Positions 12,097-25,389 of a stretch of DNA of 64,000 nt are shown in pieces. Position 1 is the first letter of the stretch, and every line of letters begins with the position of its first letter. The stretch lies in the NCBI RefSeq assembly GCF_006345805.1, contig NC_043010.1, forward strand, positions 4,650,001 through 4,714,000, read 5' to 3'. The notes under the pieces were generated by a model. That model did not search any database and was not told the DNA's origin. It was given only the letters and a program-made list of their open reading frames with translations. The position numbers were made by a program, and so were the translations under genes. The DNA is from Octopus sinensis (lineage: Eukaryota).

Positions 12097-13149
12097 CAGA
12101 GAGAGAGAAAGAAAGAAAGCGCCATGTGCACAAATACACATATAGGTGCAGCCATGGCTGTGTGATAAGAAGTTTGTTTCCCAGTCGCATTGTTCAAGGT
12201 TCAGTCCTGCCACATGGCACCTTTGACAAGTGTCTTCTACTAAAGCATCAGTTTGATGAAGGCCTTGCAAGTGGATTTGGCAAATGGAAACTGAAAAACG
12301 TTCATCATGAATGTGCATGCATGTGTATATGGGCGGGGGTGGCGGAGAGAGAGAGAGAGAGAGAGAGAGTCTTTGTGTCTGTGTTTGTCCCCCATCCACT
12401 TGACAACCAGTGTGTTTATGTCCCCATAACTTAGTGGTTTGGCAAAAGAGATTAATAAAATAATAACCAGGCTTTAAAAAAATTTGGAAATAAAAAAAAG
12501 AATAAAAATAGTACTGGTATCTAAAATTCTTCACGGCAGCGCCTTTACCATGGATAACCACAGTCAAAAGAGTGAAACAAGAAAAAGATGAAAGATAGAA
12601 GAAAGATATTTTCCCCCATACACATATGAATCCTAATTGTGAACACACATATACACATATACCTTTTCCCTTTCTAACAATCATATACACATACACACAA
12701 CACAGCTTCTCTTTCTCTCGCTTGCTCTCTCTGTCTCTCTCTCTCTGCCTCTGTTTTTCTCTATCACACATCACACACCTTTACCATTACCTTTCCACAG
12801 TATGACAGACTTTTTACACCACAGGAATCTATTGTTAGCACTCCAATATTAAATATTTTATATATGAACATGACACATCCATTTACAAGTATATGTATAT
12901 ATATCTATATAATAATTCAGTGTGAGTTAGAGGTTGTGAATCCAACCAACTAAGGGAGAGTACCTATCCAGTATACTGCTGGTAGCGTACCCAATTATTA
13001 ATACCCATGTACTGATTATTGTGTGGCAATTTCACTATTGAGTGTAATAAATGGGTGAGGGTAAAAAGGGGTTTACCCTTAATTTATACAGCAAGAAGAA
13101 AATGGAGGGGATACAGAAATAGTAAACATCAACTGTTAGACATTATATT

Positions 13150-13357
13150 ATACTCTTTTACTCTTTTATTTGTTTCAGTCATTTGACTGCGGCCATGCTG
13201 GAGCACCGCTTTTAATCGAGCAACTCGACCCCGGCACTTATTCTTTGTAAACCCAGTACTTATTCTATCGGTCTGTTTTGCCGAACCGCTAAGTGACGGG
13301 AACATAAACACACCAGCATTGGTTGTCAAGCAATGCTAGGGGGACAAACACAAACAC

Positions 13358-13388
<31 letters not shown>

Positions 13389-13560
13389 CATATATACGAC
13401 AGGCTTCTTTCAGTTTCCGTCTACCAAATCCACTCACAAGGCATTGGTCGGCCCGGGGCTATAGCAGAAGACACTTGCCCAAGATACCACGCAGTGGGAC
13501 TGAACCCGGAACCCTGTGGTTGATTAGCAAGCTACTTACCGCACAGCCACTCCTGCGCCT
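13150..13560 (-). mobile_element. SINE family A, full length
   Basis: tRNA-like head, central (TA)n(TG)n, tail ending in GTAAAAGA repeats; CpGs largely retained. Confidence 0.9.
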
Positions 13561-13863
13561 GTCTATTTATTTATTATAAAACATTTATGAGAATATATAC
13601 ATTTGTAAAGACTGTGTATTACATACATACATACGTACCAGTAATTCATGGAATAGAAAAAGAACAGAGCAAGAGAGAGAAAGAGAAGAAAGAAAGTGTT
13701 TCAAATGGGCAGCACTGATACATGCACACATACATACACTCACACTCATACAAATGTGTTTATTCTCTTTCTTTTCCATGAATTACTGGTACGTATGTAT
13801 GTAATACACAGTCTTTACATATGTGTATATTCTCATAAATGTTTTAGAATAAATAAATAGACA
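13560..13863. repeat. Foldback element with ~90-bp inverted arms (TG...CA termini)
   Basis: 13561-13652 pairs with 13774-13862 with few mismatches and one ATAC unit difference. Confidence 0.8.
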
Positions 13864-13924
13864 TAATATAATGTCTAACAGTTGATGTATACTATTTCTG
13901 TATACCCTCCATTTTCTTCTTGCC

Positions 13925-13933
13925 ATCTATCTA

Positions 13934-13979
<46 letters not shown>

Positions 13980-14217
13980 CTATCTATCTATCTATCTATC
14001 CATCCATCTATCTATCTATCTATCTCTCTCTCTATCTATCTATTTACCTATCTATCTATCTATCTATCTATCAATCTATCTATCTATCTATCTATCTATC
14101 CGTCTGTCTGTCTGTCTGTCTGTCCGTCTATCTATGTATCTATCTATCTATCTGTCTATCTATCTGTCTGACTGTCTGTCTGTTTGTCTGTCTGTCTATC
14201 TATCAATCTATCTATCT
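13925..14217. repeat. (TCTA)n/(TCTG)n tetranucleotide microsatellite
   Basis: Directly visible. Confidence 0.95.
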
Positions 14218-14924
14218 AACATATATACATACACACACACACACATTTGCACTTACAATGGCAATACAAAAATACTCAATACCTGTGGTAGAGTATATTA
14301 ATCTATCCAAAGCTGAGGCTTCACTCCACTACTGCTCTGAGTTTATCATTTCCCTTTTTCATGCCTAAAGTAGTTTTGGAAAGTTGTACATTAAAGCATT
14401 ATTGAAAAGTCACATGTCAAAGGTCATTTAGTGACAGCCTCACTTCTGTTGCAAACCTCTATGTGGTCATTAGATATGCTTGAAATATCAGTCAAATCTC
14501 TTTCAGATCACACGTAAATGAAATAAAGGACATATCAGATTAAGTAATCTTGCCTACATAAAAAGTAGAGATTGCCAAGTTTGGACCATCTCTGATCATA
14601 GGTCTACCTAAAGAAAATTAATCTGATACCAAACAACAAGAATGACAGCAACAACAATGTCTTTGACTTCAGAACACATAAATGTCTCTACTCTCTAAAA
14701 ATAAGGAATAAAGAAACTTCAAAACTGTCCTCATCAATATCATATAAAAGGGTAAAAAAATTTTAAATATGCAAATAACTTCCAAAATCATCAAGAGATT
14801 AGAAACTTAGCTAAATTTTTCCTACTGAGTTCAATTTGTTCTACCAAAATCTTTCAAGGTAGTGCCCCAGCATGGCCACAGTGCAATGATGAAACAAGAA
14901 AAAAGTAAATGATGAAAGATTAGT

Positions 14925-15345
14925 CATGGAGTGGCTGTGTGGTAAGTAGCTTGCTAACCAACCACATGGTTCCGGGTTCAGTCCCACTGCATGGCATCTT
15001 GGGCAAGTGTCTTCTACTATAGCCCCGGGCCAACCAATGCCTTGTGAGTGGATTTGGTAGACGGAAACTGAAAGAAGCCTGTCATATATATGTATGTATA
15101 TATATGTATGTGTGTGTGTGTGTGTGTTTGTGTTTCTGTGTTTGTCCCCCTAGCATTGCTTGACAACTGATGCTGGTGTGTGTATACGTCCCCGTCACTT
15201 AGCGGTTCGGCAAAAGAGACTGATAGAATAAGTACTGGGCTTACAAAGAATAGGTCCCGGGGTCGATTTGCTCGACTAAAGGCAGTGCTCTAGCATGGCC
15301 GCAGTCAAATGACTGAAACAAGTAAGAGTAAAAGAGTAAAGAGTA
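14925..15345 (+). mobile_element. SINE family A, full length
   Basis: Reverse complement of the 13150-13560 copy. Confidence 0.9.
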
Positions 15346-15878
15346 TGTGCAAGTCTTACATAACTTTGAAGGATCATAAGAAATTTACACAGATCATAAA
15401 TGTAGACTTACAAACAACACAATCTCTTTTAATATAGAATTCTACCCACCTATCTCAAAGCACCTCTTCCAAACAGATGTTGGTGTCATAATGTAGACTA
15501 CGTAATTTCTTTCTTTTGATGGTTTCTTCTGGGTGAAAAAAAAAAGGATAATTTACGGATACCTTATGCTCTCATAAGCAACTAAGATGAAGTTAAATAT
15601 GTGACTGGATTGGGTTGTAGAACAAAGCAATTTCAATTCCCTAAACATAATTATCTATTAGGATGATTGACTGGTAACATCCTGCCATATAAATGGCCAC
15701 CAGCCAAACAAATTTAGGAAGAATTTGATAGAAACTTTTAGAAAAAATTGAATATTGCATAATGGAGCCATGTTAGCCTTGTTTCCTTTAACAGTACAAT
15801 ATCCACACAAAGAACATGTCTAATATCTTTCTAAACACAAATAACAGACAACCAGAAATTTCAAATTCACTACATATA

Positions 15879-16494
15879 TGAGGGGGGGGGGGTTGAAAAG
15901 TTCCTGGCTTTAAGGATATCATGAAAGGCCTTGTTGGGAGCCAAACCTTCCCAGGTCTTTTACTGTGCTTTGAAAAACTGAAGGATCACTGCAATAAGTG
16001 TGTAAATCTGTGGGGAATATCTTTATATATAAAAGTAAGGTTGTGTGTCTGTCTCCTACGATTTAGATTCCTAACTACTCCCACATTTTGCGGTGCAGTT
16101 TAACCAAAACCGGGTATCTTATAGTCGTGATTCATATCGAGCCCTTCTGGGTATTAGCGTGCGTCTACAATGAGTCTACGATTTAAAAACAAATTTACCA
16201 TCATTTTTTTCCATTTTAATGCATTTTTTCGCTATTATATAAGGGAAATAACTCTCTAAAAATGTCTACGATGAGTCAACGATTTAAAAAAAAATTTACC
16301 ATCATTTTTTTTCCATTTTTAATGCAGTTTTTGCTATTTTTTGGCTATAACTCTCTAAAAATGCTTATATAGTTATTTCCCTTACAAACCCAAGCAACGC
16401 CGGGCGATACTGCTAGTATTGAATAAAATCATAATTAACTGGTCCTCTTGTACTTTCTTTTACCTAAAGCCAGGAACTTTTCAACAACCCATCA
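15879..16494 (+). mobile_element. Internally deleted mariner element (MITE) interrupted by a Helitron
   Basis: TIR cores GTTGAAAAGTTCCTGGCTT / AAGCCAGGAACTTTTCAAC; removing the insert restores GGGGAATATATTGAATAA (GEYIE*), the mariner transposase C-terminus. Confidence 0.75.
16020..16416 (+). mobile_element. Non-autonomous Helitron
   Basis: A|TC 5' end, subterminal CG-rich hairpin region, CTAG|T 3' end, no TSD. Confidence 0.85.
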
Positions 16495-17013
16495 CTTACA
16501 TCTGGCCTGATTGTGTCCATAACAAAACAAAAACTAGTCTTTCTTTTCCCGGCCAGAAAACACATCATCTCTCAACACTTATTCACCCAATAAAATGCTA
16601 TACATGTTGCTCAGAATTAATATCATATACTCAGCTGTCTTGAGTACGTGGAACATAATCCAACTAAATATATTATTTATCTTTAAGTAATCTTAAATTA
16701 TTCTTTAAAATATTTCGTAAAATATGCAAAATTGATTTTTTTTTTTAGCTGCCTCTGAAAGTTAAATCTTCTTGGTTACATTTGATATTTTCATTCAACC
16801 AAAGATCATAACATTATGCCATCCAAGTGCTTCACACCACTCTACAGCAACTGTACAGAGGAAGAAAATGTCTTGGAACATCTGGAAGAACTCACTCATT
16901 TTTACCAACTTGTCAGCTTTTCTTGCTAATGCAACTCTTATTTTATAAAAGATGCCTTTAGGTATTGCACAATCTGTAAACTTCCCCATACCAAACTGCT
17001 GCTAGTCACTTAA

Positions 17014-17212
17014 CCCTTAAGCATTTAAACTGACCATATCTGGCCAAAATATTCTACCCATTTTATGTTCAAACTGGCTATATCCTGCCTTTCGAGCCTA
17101 CCCTACAATACCATCATCAAGATTTCAATGCTACAAGATAATGCATGATTAACCCAAAACAATCTGCACAAATGAGTATTAAATTTCACAGAGAAATCTG
17201 AATGCTAAAGAG
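17014..17212. mobile_element. piggyBac-like MITE family 1
   Basis: TTAA flanks (17010-17013, 17213-17216) and CCCTTAAGCATT / AATGCTAAAGAG TIRs. Confidence 0.75.
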
Positions 17213-17934
17213 TTAAAAGTCATTTGCCAACCAGACTCCTAGGAACTTTAAAGCATCCTCTTACTCACATGATTAAGGTCTTCAAGCTTTATTTCTCTTT
17301 TAGCATTTGTGTATTTTATTCCTTAGAAAAAGCAACTTCTGCAGCCCTGCCAACTATTGGCCTATTCTTCACATTTGCAAAAATAGTTAGGGTCAGTGTT
17401 TAACAATCACTTTCTCTAACACGTTGAATCTTCTTCCACTAAACAGCTTCTGTTCTGCTAGATCACTGCAGTATCACCCACTTGCTCTTGAAGTAAAGAT
17501 TTGATCATATCTGACATGAGAATCTCCAACCAAAGTTTCTGCCTAAGGATTTCATTAATCATCTTCTAGATTAGAAGCTACTTTTCTGACCACACTATTG
17601 CAGTGTGTACTGATTTTGGCTTTTGTGCCACACATCCAGTTCTGGTTTGCACAAAGGTGCAGTTATATTCTCCACAGATTTCATCCTGCATATAAATGGC
17701 AAGCTTTCTCTCATCTCTAACAATGCTCACTTATATCCAGATAAGACCATTCTTCACTCATCTCTAATATCACATCAAATAATGACAGTCTAAACCCACA
17801 TGTCAAACCTTCATTGCTTACATAAACAAAAGCCTTGAAAACATTCTCCAATGTTTTAGTATTAAGGAAGAACTCTTGTACTCCTTAATTTTGAACAATG
17901 TATACAGCTGAAATACTTAAGTTAGCTATAAATC

Positions 17935-18135
17935 CTTTGAACTATAGGCACAAAGCCTGAAATTTTGGGAGAGTGAATACTCGATTACATTGACTCCAGT
18001 ACTCAACTGATACCCTTTCTGTCAACCCCAAAAGGATAAAAGGCAAAGCTGACCCTGGTGGAATCTGAACTCAGAATGTGAAGACAGACGAAATGCCACT
18101 AAGCATTTTGCCTAGCATGCTAATAGTTCTGTCAG
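17935..18135 (-). mobile_element. SINE family B, diverged (near-identical sibling at 22555-22730)
   Basis: Alignable by eye to young family B copies. Confidence 0.75.
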
Positions 18136-21100
18136 CTTGAGTTGATATTGTTACTAAACCTCCTGATCTATGATGATCTTTTACAGCAATCTCAGATTCA
18201 CAACAGTAAAAACTTTATCTCAGATGTTAACATTCCTCTTCAGGATTGGAAAAACTTTAGCTCTAAGCAATTGTTGATTTTCCAAAAAGCTCAAGAAAGT
18301 TCCCCAATTGAAATTAGTCTCACGTTGCTGCTGCTGCTGCGGAACAAACATCCTAAAACTCATTCAAAGAAAGTCATCTGATTAGCAAAGACCGACTCAA
18401 CAACACACTACAACCTCTACTCACTGATGCACTGTCTCCTCATTTGCTATTCTGTGGCTTCTACAATTGCCTCTGCTTCCCTGAACTAGTTACATACCAT
18501 ATTTATCTAGATCCTCTTGACACTCCCCTCTTTCCATACTGTTTCATTCCATCATTCTTGTTCTAACCATTGTTCCCTCATCAACCTTCTTAAATCTTTT
18601 TTTTTCTTTCTGAGTTTCCAGCAGATGTCAACTTAATTATTAATTATATATCAAAATTATAAAATTCTACTTGTATGTTACGAAGCACCTCCTCCAGATG
18701 ATTCATTGGTTATAGGTTCTCAAAGGTTCAATCACTGGTTCACTGTATTTCAGACAGTGCAAGGGATAAGGGAGTATCTGTTACTCATATAAGAGCAAAT
18801 ATTGCAGAGGACTTTGAAGAGCACCAGTTCTGTTTTGGGTTTTTTAAATGGTTTTCTTGCTATTGCTTACAGATTCATAGATATATACAAATGGTTCCTG
18901 ATCTTTTTATCTTTGACAAATTTTATGCAAAAAGTACTGGCCAATCCAATGCTCTGGTAGAACACACATTCCTCAAATACCAGACAATGGGATTGAACCA
19001 GGATGCTGTTGTGGTTGCAAAGCAAACTCTTAAACACACAGCCATGCCTGCATCCAGAAGTACATGGACACGTCTATGTCATCTTGACTAAACTACAAAA
19101 TGATACCAATGTCATTCTCTCACTAGGTGTGTCATCAAGTTTGGAGACTTTGATAGTGCCACTAGGAAAGACAGTCAAGCTAATCTTATAGAATTAAACC
19201 TTTCATGTTCCAACTTTTTAACTCATAGAATTTAAGTCTTGTGTGATTTAAAGCATGTGGTTGCAAAGAAAACGATGTGTTGATGAATAATATGATACTT
19301 GAGATAATATTTATAATGAAAATATTCTACTTTATAATGAACGTTCATAGAGTGGTTTAATATAACTTCAAGAATCTGGAAAAAATGTTCACGGTATAAA
19401 TACGAAACTTTTGTTATATTGTTTGATACATCTCTTCAGTCTGTTTTCAATGAACAAGAAGAGCACTTGACTTTCTTTTTTTCAGATTGATAACAAAAAG
19501 AAAAAAAAAGCAAGATAACCAGTGATTTAATGAATGAATATACAAATATGACCAAATATTCTTTCATCTCTGTTGATGCCAAAAGCATAGAGATATAATA
19601 AACGTAATGAAATAAAATAAAATAAAAGTCTTATTTCTCAAAAATTTTATTTTAATGAATAATTTTCTTGAAATAATTTCTTCCATACTTAAACTTGTAT
19701 AATGATTCTATGTAAATGTACAAAGGATAAATAAATACTGCATAGCAAATATAGATACATTTTGTGCAATTTGTATTGTACATGAACACAGATAAACAGT
19801 TTGCAAAGGTAGGAACTTAAAACTGAACCCAAATGAATGGAAATAAAAAATACTAATAACTAATAAATAACAAACAGGGAAAAAAAATACAACACAAGCT
19901 TTATAGACTGACAACATATTTGGAAACTTTTACAGACAGCATGGCAAATTCGATGGAGAAGATATATTTATATAAATATATATATATACAGAGCAAGAAA
20001 ATTATAAATATATACAAAAAAAAATCACTTGAAATAACAAAACAAGAAGAAATTAAAAGAACTTTTCAAAGGAGAAGAAAATGTCTGAGAAATCTTATGG
20101 GGTTGAGATAGATTTATAAGGAATATCCTGTTGGAGTTGAGTCCTGTGTCAGTGTTATGTAACTAAGTGTGCTTGCAATCTGCTGGGATATCTAGCAGTA
20201 AATGGAAATCTGTGTTTTTCAATTTGATTTTGCTTTACATTGAATAAAAAAAATGTTCAACTATGATTCTCCACGTTAGCACTGGACGGGTTTGCAAATT
20301 CAGACATTGGCATAAGTAATTTGAGCTGGATGTTTTATAAGTGGATGGTTTGTCTCTCTCCAACCATTCTTCCATGCGACGTAAATAATATAATGCAGTG
20401 TTTTCTTTTTTCTATTCTGTTTTTCTTTTTCAGCTAGACTAATTCAAATAAACAAATAGTTCTGGCAGAGTTTGATAATACAAGGTAAAATTTAAACTTA
20501 TCAGCGGACTTATCTCTCTTTACTTCATTGTAGCAAACAAGTAAATGTTCTTAATTATACCGATCAATGAATTATTAGAACAATGGTTTGGGGATCATAA
20601 TGAAAAAAGATTTTGATGTAGATGATATTGTTTAAACAAATAATTTAATCAGACATAACTACTCTCTGAACATTTGCCCTCTTTTCTTTATGCTAATAAT
20701 TGTGGCAAAACATATAAAATATATTGTAAACAAATTGTTTGTTGGGTTGATTGTCAAATGAACTGAATGTTTGTTGATTGTTTTTAATTCATAAGTTTAT
20801 TTGTAATTTTATCAATTTGTTGGGTAGGACAGGTTTGGTTGTTTAATAGATATATTATTGGTTTCATTATTATTTGCTCTGGTTCTGAATATTATTTCAA
20901 ATACCCATGAAGAGCCATAGGTTTGGTTTAATTTAAACAAAAGATTCATGAATTCTTTCTTTCAGTGGGATTTTTTCATATGCAAAACATATGAACCTAT
21001 CTTTAACAGCTTTCATATAAATTAAATGATACGATGTTAAAATTTTCTTTCCTTTATCACTTCAACAAAGGAAAAGTTTCAAAAAAATCTAATGCCTATT

Positions 21101-21911
21101 GAAACACAGAGATTTATCAAAAACATTAAAAACCTACTGAGATATACAGCCTCTTTGCTCTTGAAGCTATTTTCATCTAGCTATTTAACTTTACAATAAT
21201 ACTAAATCAGCAAATGACTAACACTATTTCATCAGTCCATGACAACAAGCTTTGAACACTTTTGTGACAAATAAATCTAGAGGCATATGCTTCATATTAT
21301 TCTGATAAAATAGATATTGTGTACAGACAAAATATCTGCCTAGCAACGAGATTTAAAAGCCTTGAGTAACCTTGTCACTAATATTTACAACCACAATATC
21401 TCTTTAGCCACCCAAATAATACACACGTATTAAGAACCACTTTTTTTGTTTTTACTACCAGTTATTGTAAATATATTATTCTGCTTGTCACAGGTATATT
21501 GATGCTATGTTCCAGGTACACTATTACCATTATGGCTAGCATCACAGATGCATTCACCTGTATGTATTCCTTTCTTCTCAACTTACATGTTACGTTTAAT
21601 TACCTGTGTATTTTTCAGGTAAGGTAGACATTTTACTCTATCTAAAGAGAAAGTGTCTCCATTGATTCCAGGTGAGTAATTTATTAATTACAGCAAAATG
21701 CATTTGAGATTTTAGATCAATAACACCATAACCAAAAACCTGCCAAACACCTGCTTGATGACAACATTCACAAGGGATATTATTAATTTTTTTTATTTTC
21801 CTCATATTTGTTTCTTTTTTTTTTTTTCATACTTTTCTGGAAAGAAAGGGATGATGTCATAGCCATTTGGCATGGGTAGAGAAATTGTTGGCCAAGCTTA
21901 GGTTCTCCTAC

Positions 21912-21951
21912 CTGTATTCTGGAACTGTGACTTCTTCAATAATTCTGAGGT
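21912..21951 (-). CDS. Candidate 40-bp exon (LRIIEEVTVPEY or TSELLKKSQFQNT)
   Basis: Strong acceptor TTTATTTGTATTTTTGTATTTTCAG| and donor |GTAGGA in a repeat-free region; two frames open. Confidence 0.4.
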
Positions 21952-23109
21952 CTGAAAATACAAAAATACAAATAAATACATCAATTTAGATCATAAAGAT
22001 AATTTCCACACTGTTCGAAACATTTCATTTATCTACGTTTTTTTATTCTTTTATTCTTTTCCTCTTTTACTTGTTTCAGTCATTAGACTGCAACCATGCT
22101 GGAGCAATGCTGTGAAGGGTTTAGTCGAACAAATTAACCACAGTACTTGTTTTTCTATTAAGCCTCATACTTATTCTGTCAGTTTCTTTTTGTCAAACTG
22201 CTAAGTTACAGAGACATAAACAAACCAACACCGACTGTCAATGCACATTTGCATATTGACACACACACATGCATGTGCATGTATGTATGTATGTATGTAT
22301 GTATATAAGTATGTGTACATATACATATATATGATAGGTTTCTTTCAATTTTTGTCTGCCAATTTTTGTCTCACAAGGCTTTGGTTGGTCCAGGGCTATA
22401 GCAGAAGACCTTTGCCCAAGATGACCTGCAGTGGGATTGAACCTGGAACCATGTGGTTAGGAAGCAAGCTTCTTACCACACATCTACACCTGTACCCATA
22501 TTTACATATCTATCCAATTAGACATTCAGCATCACATGTGAATTAATCCAAACTATAAATCCTTTGGACTATAGGCACAAGGCCTGAAATTTTTGGGGAG
22601 CGAATACTCGATTACATTGACTCCAGTACTCAACTGATATTCTTTCTATCAACCCCAAAAGGATAAAAGACAAAGCCGACCTTGGCGGAATCTGAACTCA
22701 GAATGTGAAGACAGATGAAATGCCACTAGAATAATAAAGAGCTAAACATCCAGATTTATCGTCTGCATGCTTTATTCTTTTGATCTTTAATTGTTTGTCA
22801 TTGAACTGAGTCCATGCCAGGGCATTGCCTTGAAGAGTCTAGTTGAACTAATCAACCCCCAGTATAATTTCAAGCCTGGTATTTATTCTATTAATCATTT
22901 TTGCTGAACTGATATGTCACAGAGATGTAAACGAACCAACACCAGTTGTCAAGCAGTGGTGAAATGAAAACAAAGACACACACACACACACACACAATGG
23001 GTTTTACATAGTTTCCATCTACCCAAATTCACTCACAAGGCATTGGTCAACCCAGAGATATAGTTGTCTTTGAGTTGCTTTTGTAATATTCAACCAATTA
23101 AAAAGAATA

Positions 23110-23520
23110 TCAGGTCATTAAGAATGAAATGTCCAATTTTCTTAAACACCAAGTTTGACAGTCGTTAACTCTAATGTTCTATCTGACAATTCTTTGTTTT
23201 ACAACATTGAAAAGTTACATCATCTTTTTTCAAAATGCAATTCATGGTGTCTGATTATATTGAGAGTTTTCTCTTGTAAATCAATTTTTGTGAACTCATG
23301 GATAAAAAATTCGTGTCGTTTATGAATATGAGTTCCTTCATGGAACCAATGCATCCCAGACAGCTCAAAACATCAATGAGGTATTTGGTGAAGATGTGAC
23401 AAATGAGTACACTGTACAACGATGGTTTGAGAAGTTCTTGTCTGGCAACTTTACTCTTGAAAATCAGCGCCGTGGTAGACTTGAGAGCAAGGTGGATAAT
23501 GAGGAGTTGGATGGTTTGAC
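23110..23520 (+). pseudogene. 5' fragment of the same mariner family as 57095-58310
   Basis: Shares the left end TCAGGTCATTAAGAATGAAATG and the HTH-region sequence; fused at the 3' side to a family C SINE. Confidence 0.8.
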
Positions 23521-23524
23521 TAAA

Positions 23525-23840
23525 AACTGGTAAGCCCGCGAGCTGCACTAGGTTCCAATCTGATTTGGCATGGTTTCTACAGCTGGATGCCCTTCCTAAT
23601 GCCAACCACTCCAAGAGTGTAGTGGGTGCTTTTTATGTGCCACCAGCACAGGTGCCATTGACATGACACTGGTGTCAGCCACGACCATGATCTCCCTTGG
23701 CTTGATTAGGTCTTCTCAAGCAAGGTGTATTACGAAAGGTGTCAGTCACCTGTCACTGTCTCCATGAGGCCCAATGCATAAATGGTGCTTTTTACATGCC
23801 ACCAACACAGGTACCAGTCAGATGGCACTGGCATCTCATC
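23525..23840 (-). mobile_element. SINE-like family C, diverged
   Basis: CTACAGCTGGATGCCCTTCCTAATGCCAACCACTCC core. Confidence 0.75.
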
Positions 23841-24310
23841 TTAAATGTAGATGTTCTATTAGAACAAATGAACACCCATGTTTAAGTGGGGATAAACAAA
23901 GAGATTAATATTCAAGAATTTCAGCGGTGGTGCCCCAGCATGGCTGCGGCCTTCGGGCTAAACCATTTTAAGGATTTAAGGATTTAATTGAAAATATTAC
24001 TATGAATTAGAAGTACCATTGCTATTTGTCATTTCTATATTATCTGATAAAACTGAAAACCAATTATTTATATTATTAGGGTTATCAACAAAAGTAGTTT
24101 AATTTTAATCAAAATATAAGAATTTTTTAAATAAAATTCTTTTATGGTTCATTTTCAGTTTCTTCAATTATCAGCCTATTTTACTTTTTTTCATATTTTC
24201 AATGAAAATTTAAATTTTATTACATATATAACATGTATGTATATGATACATATATAACACAAAACCACATTAAAATACAAAACCAAAACTGAAGAAGATA
24301 TAAACATTAT

Positions 24311-24712
24311 AGGCATAGGAGTGGCTGTGTGGTAAGTAGCTTGCTTATGAACCACATGATTCCAGGTTCAGTCCCACTGCATGGCACCTTGGACAAGTGT
24401 CTTTTACTATAGCCTTGGGCCGACCAAAACCTTGTGAGTGAATTTGGTAGATGGAAACTGAAAGAAGCCCATCGTATATATGTATATATATGTGTATGTA
24501 TGTGTGTATATTTGTGTGTCTGTTTGTCCCCCCAACATCGCTTGACAACTGATGCTGTTATGTTTACATCCCCGTAACTTAGTGGTTCGGCAAAAGAGAC
24601 CAATAGAATAAGTGCTAGGCTTACAAAGAATAAGTCCTGGGGTTGATTTGCTAGACTAAAGGTGGTGCTCCAGCATGTCCGCAGTCAACTGATTGAAACA
24701 AGTAAAAGAGTA
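24311..24712 (+). mobile_element. SINE family A, full length
   Basis: Head AGGCATAGGAGTGGCTGTGTGGTAAG through tail GAAACAAGTAAAAGAGTA. Confidence 0.9.
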
Positions 24713-24842
24713 TGAGCAAAGAAAGTAAAAAAGAAGAGAAAAGAGGAAAAAAGGGAAAAAAAAAAGAAAAAGAAACAGAAAATATCAATTCAGCACCAAG
24801 TGCCTCGTTTGGTCACAGAGCACAAGATTCAAAGGAACTTAC

Positions 24843-24897
24843 TGAAGCAAGCCAGCATGCTTGCAGCATTACTATGGATGATGGTGATGCTAAGGCA
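24843..24897 (-). CDS. Candidate 55-bp exon
   Basis: CGTCTTAGTTTCAG| and |GTAAGT consensus sites; two frames open, each phase-compatible with the 21912-21951 candidate. Confidence 0.25.
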
Positions 24898-25389
24898 CTG
24901 AAACTAAGACGAGCTGGCAGAATTCATTATGTGTGTCAGTGTCTGTGTGTGTGCACATGTGTGCGTGTCTGTATTTGTCCCTCTACTGCCACTTGACAAT
25001 GAGTGTTGGCTTGTTTACATTCCGGTAACTTAGCATTTTGGCAAATGAGACCTGTAGGATAAGTACCAGACTTGAGTAAAAAAAAAAAAAAAGCTCTGAG
25101 GATGATTTGTTTTGAATAAAACCTTTCAAGGTGATGCCCTTCATAATCACAGCCCAACAACTAAAGCAAGTAAAATTTAAAGATATTCTCTCTTCTAAAA
25201 GGGACAATGTGGTTAAAAATAGTAGCACGCAGCTATATATACACACATACACATGCACAGACACACACACATGCACACTCAGACATTATTAAAAGACAAC
25301 AGTAATGAGCTGTTAGAGTGAAAGAGGTGGTTGCTTACAGAGAAAGTGTATGGCATAGCAACTACTAAGGGAGATAATTATATTTTCAT

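Noticed and set aside
16795-16989. Protein-like ORFs here and at 10691-11051, 18142-18381 and 26307-26507
   Set aside because: No recognisable motifs and no consistent splice boundaries; lengths within chance expectation.
24712-24996. Lys-rich ORF MSKESKKEEK...
   Set aside because: Starts in a SINE tail, runs through an A-rich low-complexity tract and ends in another SINE.
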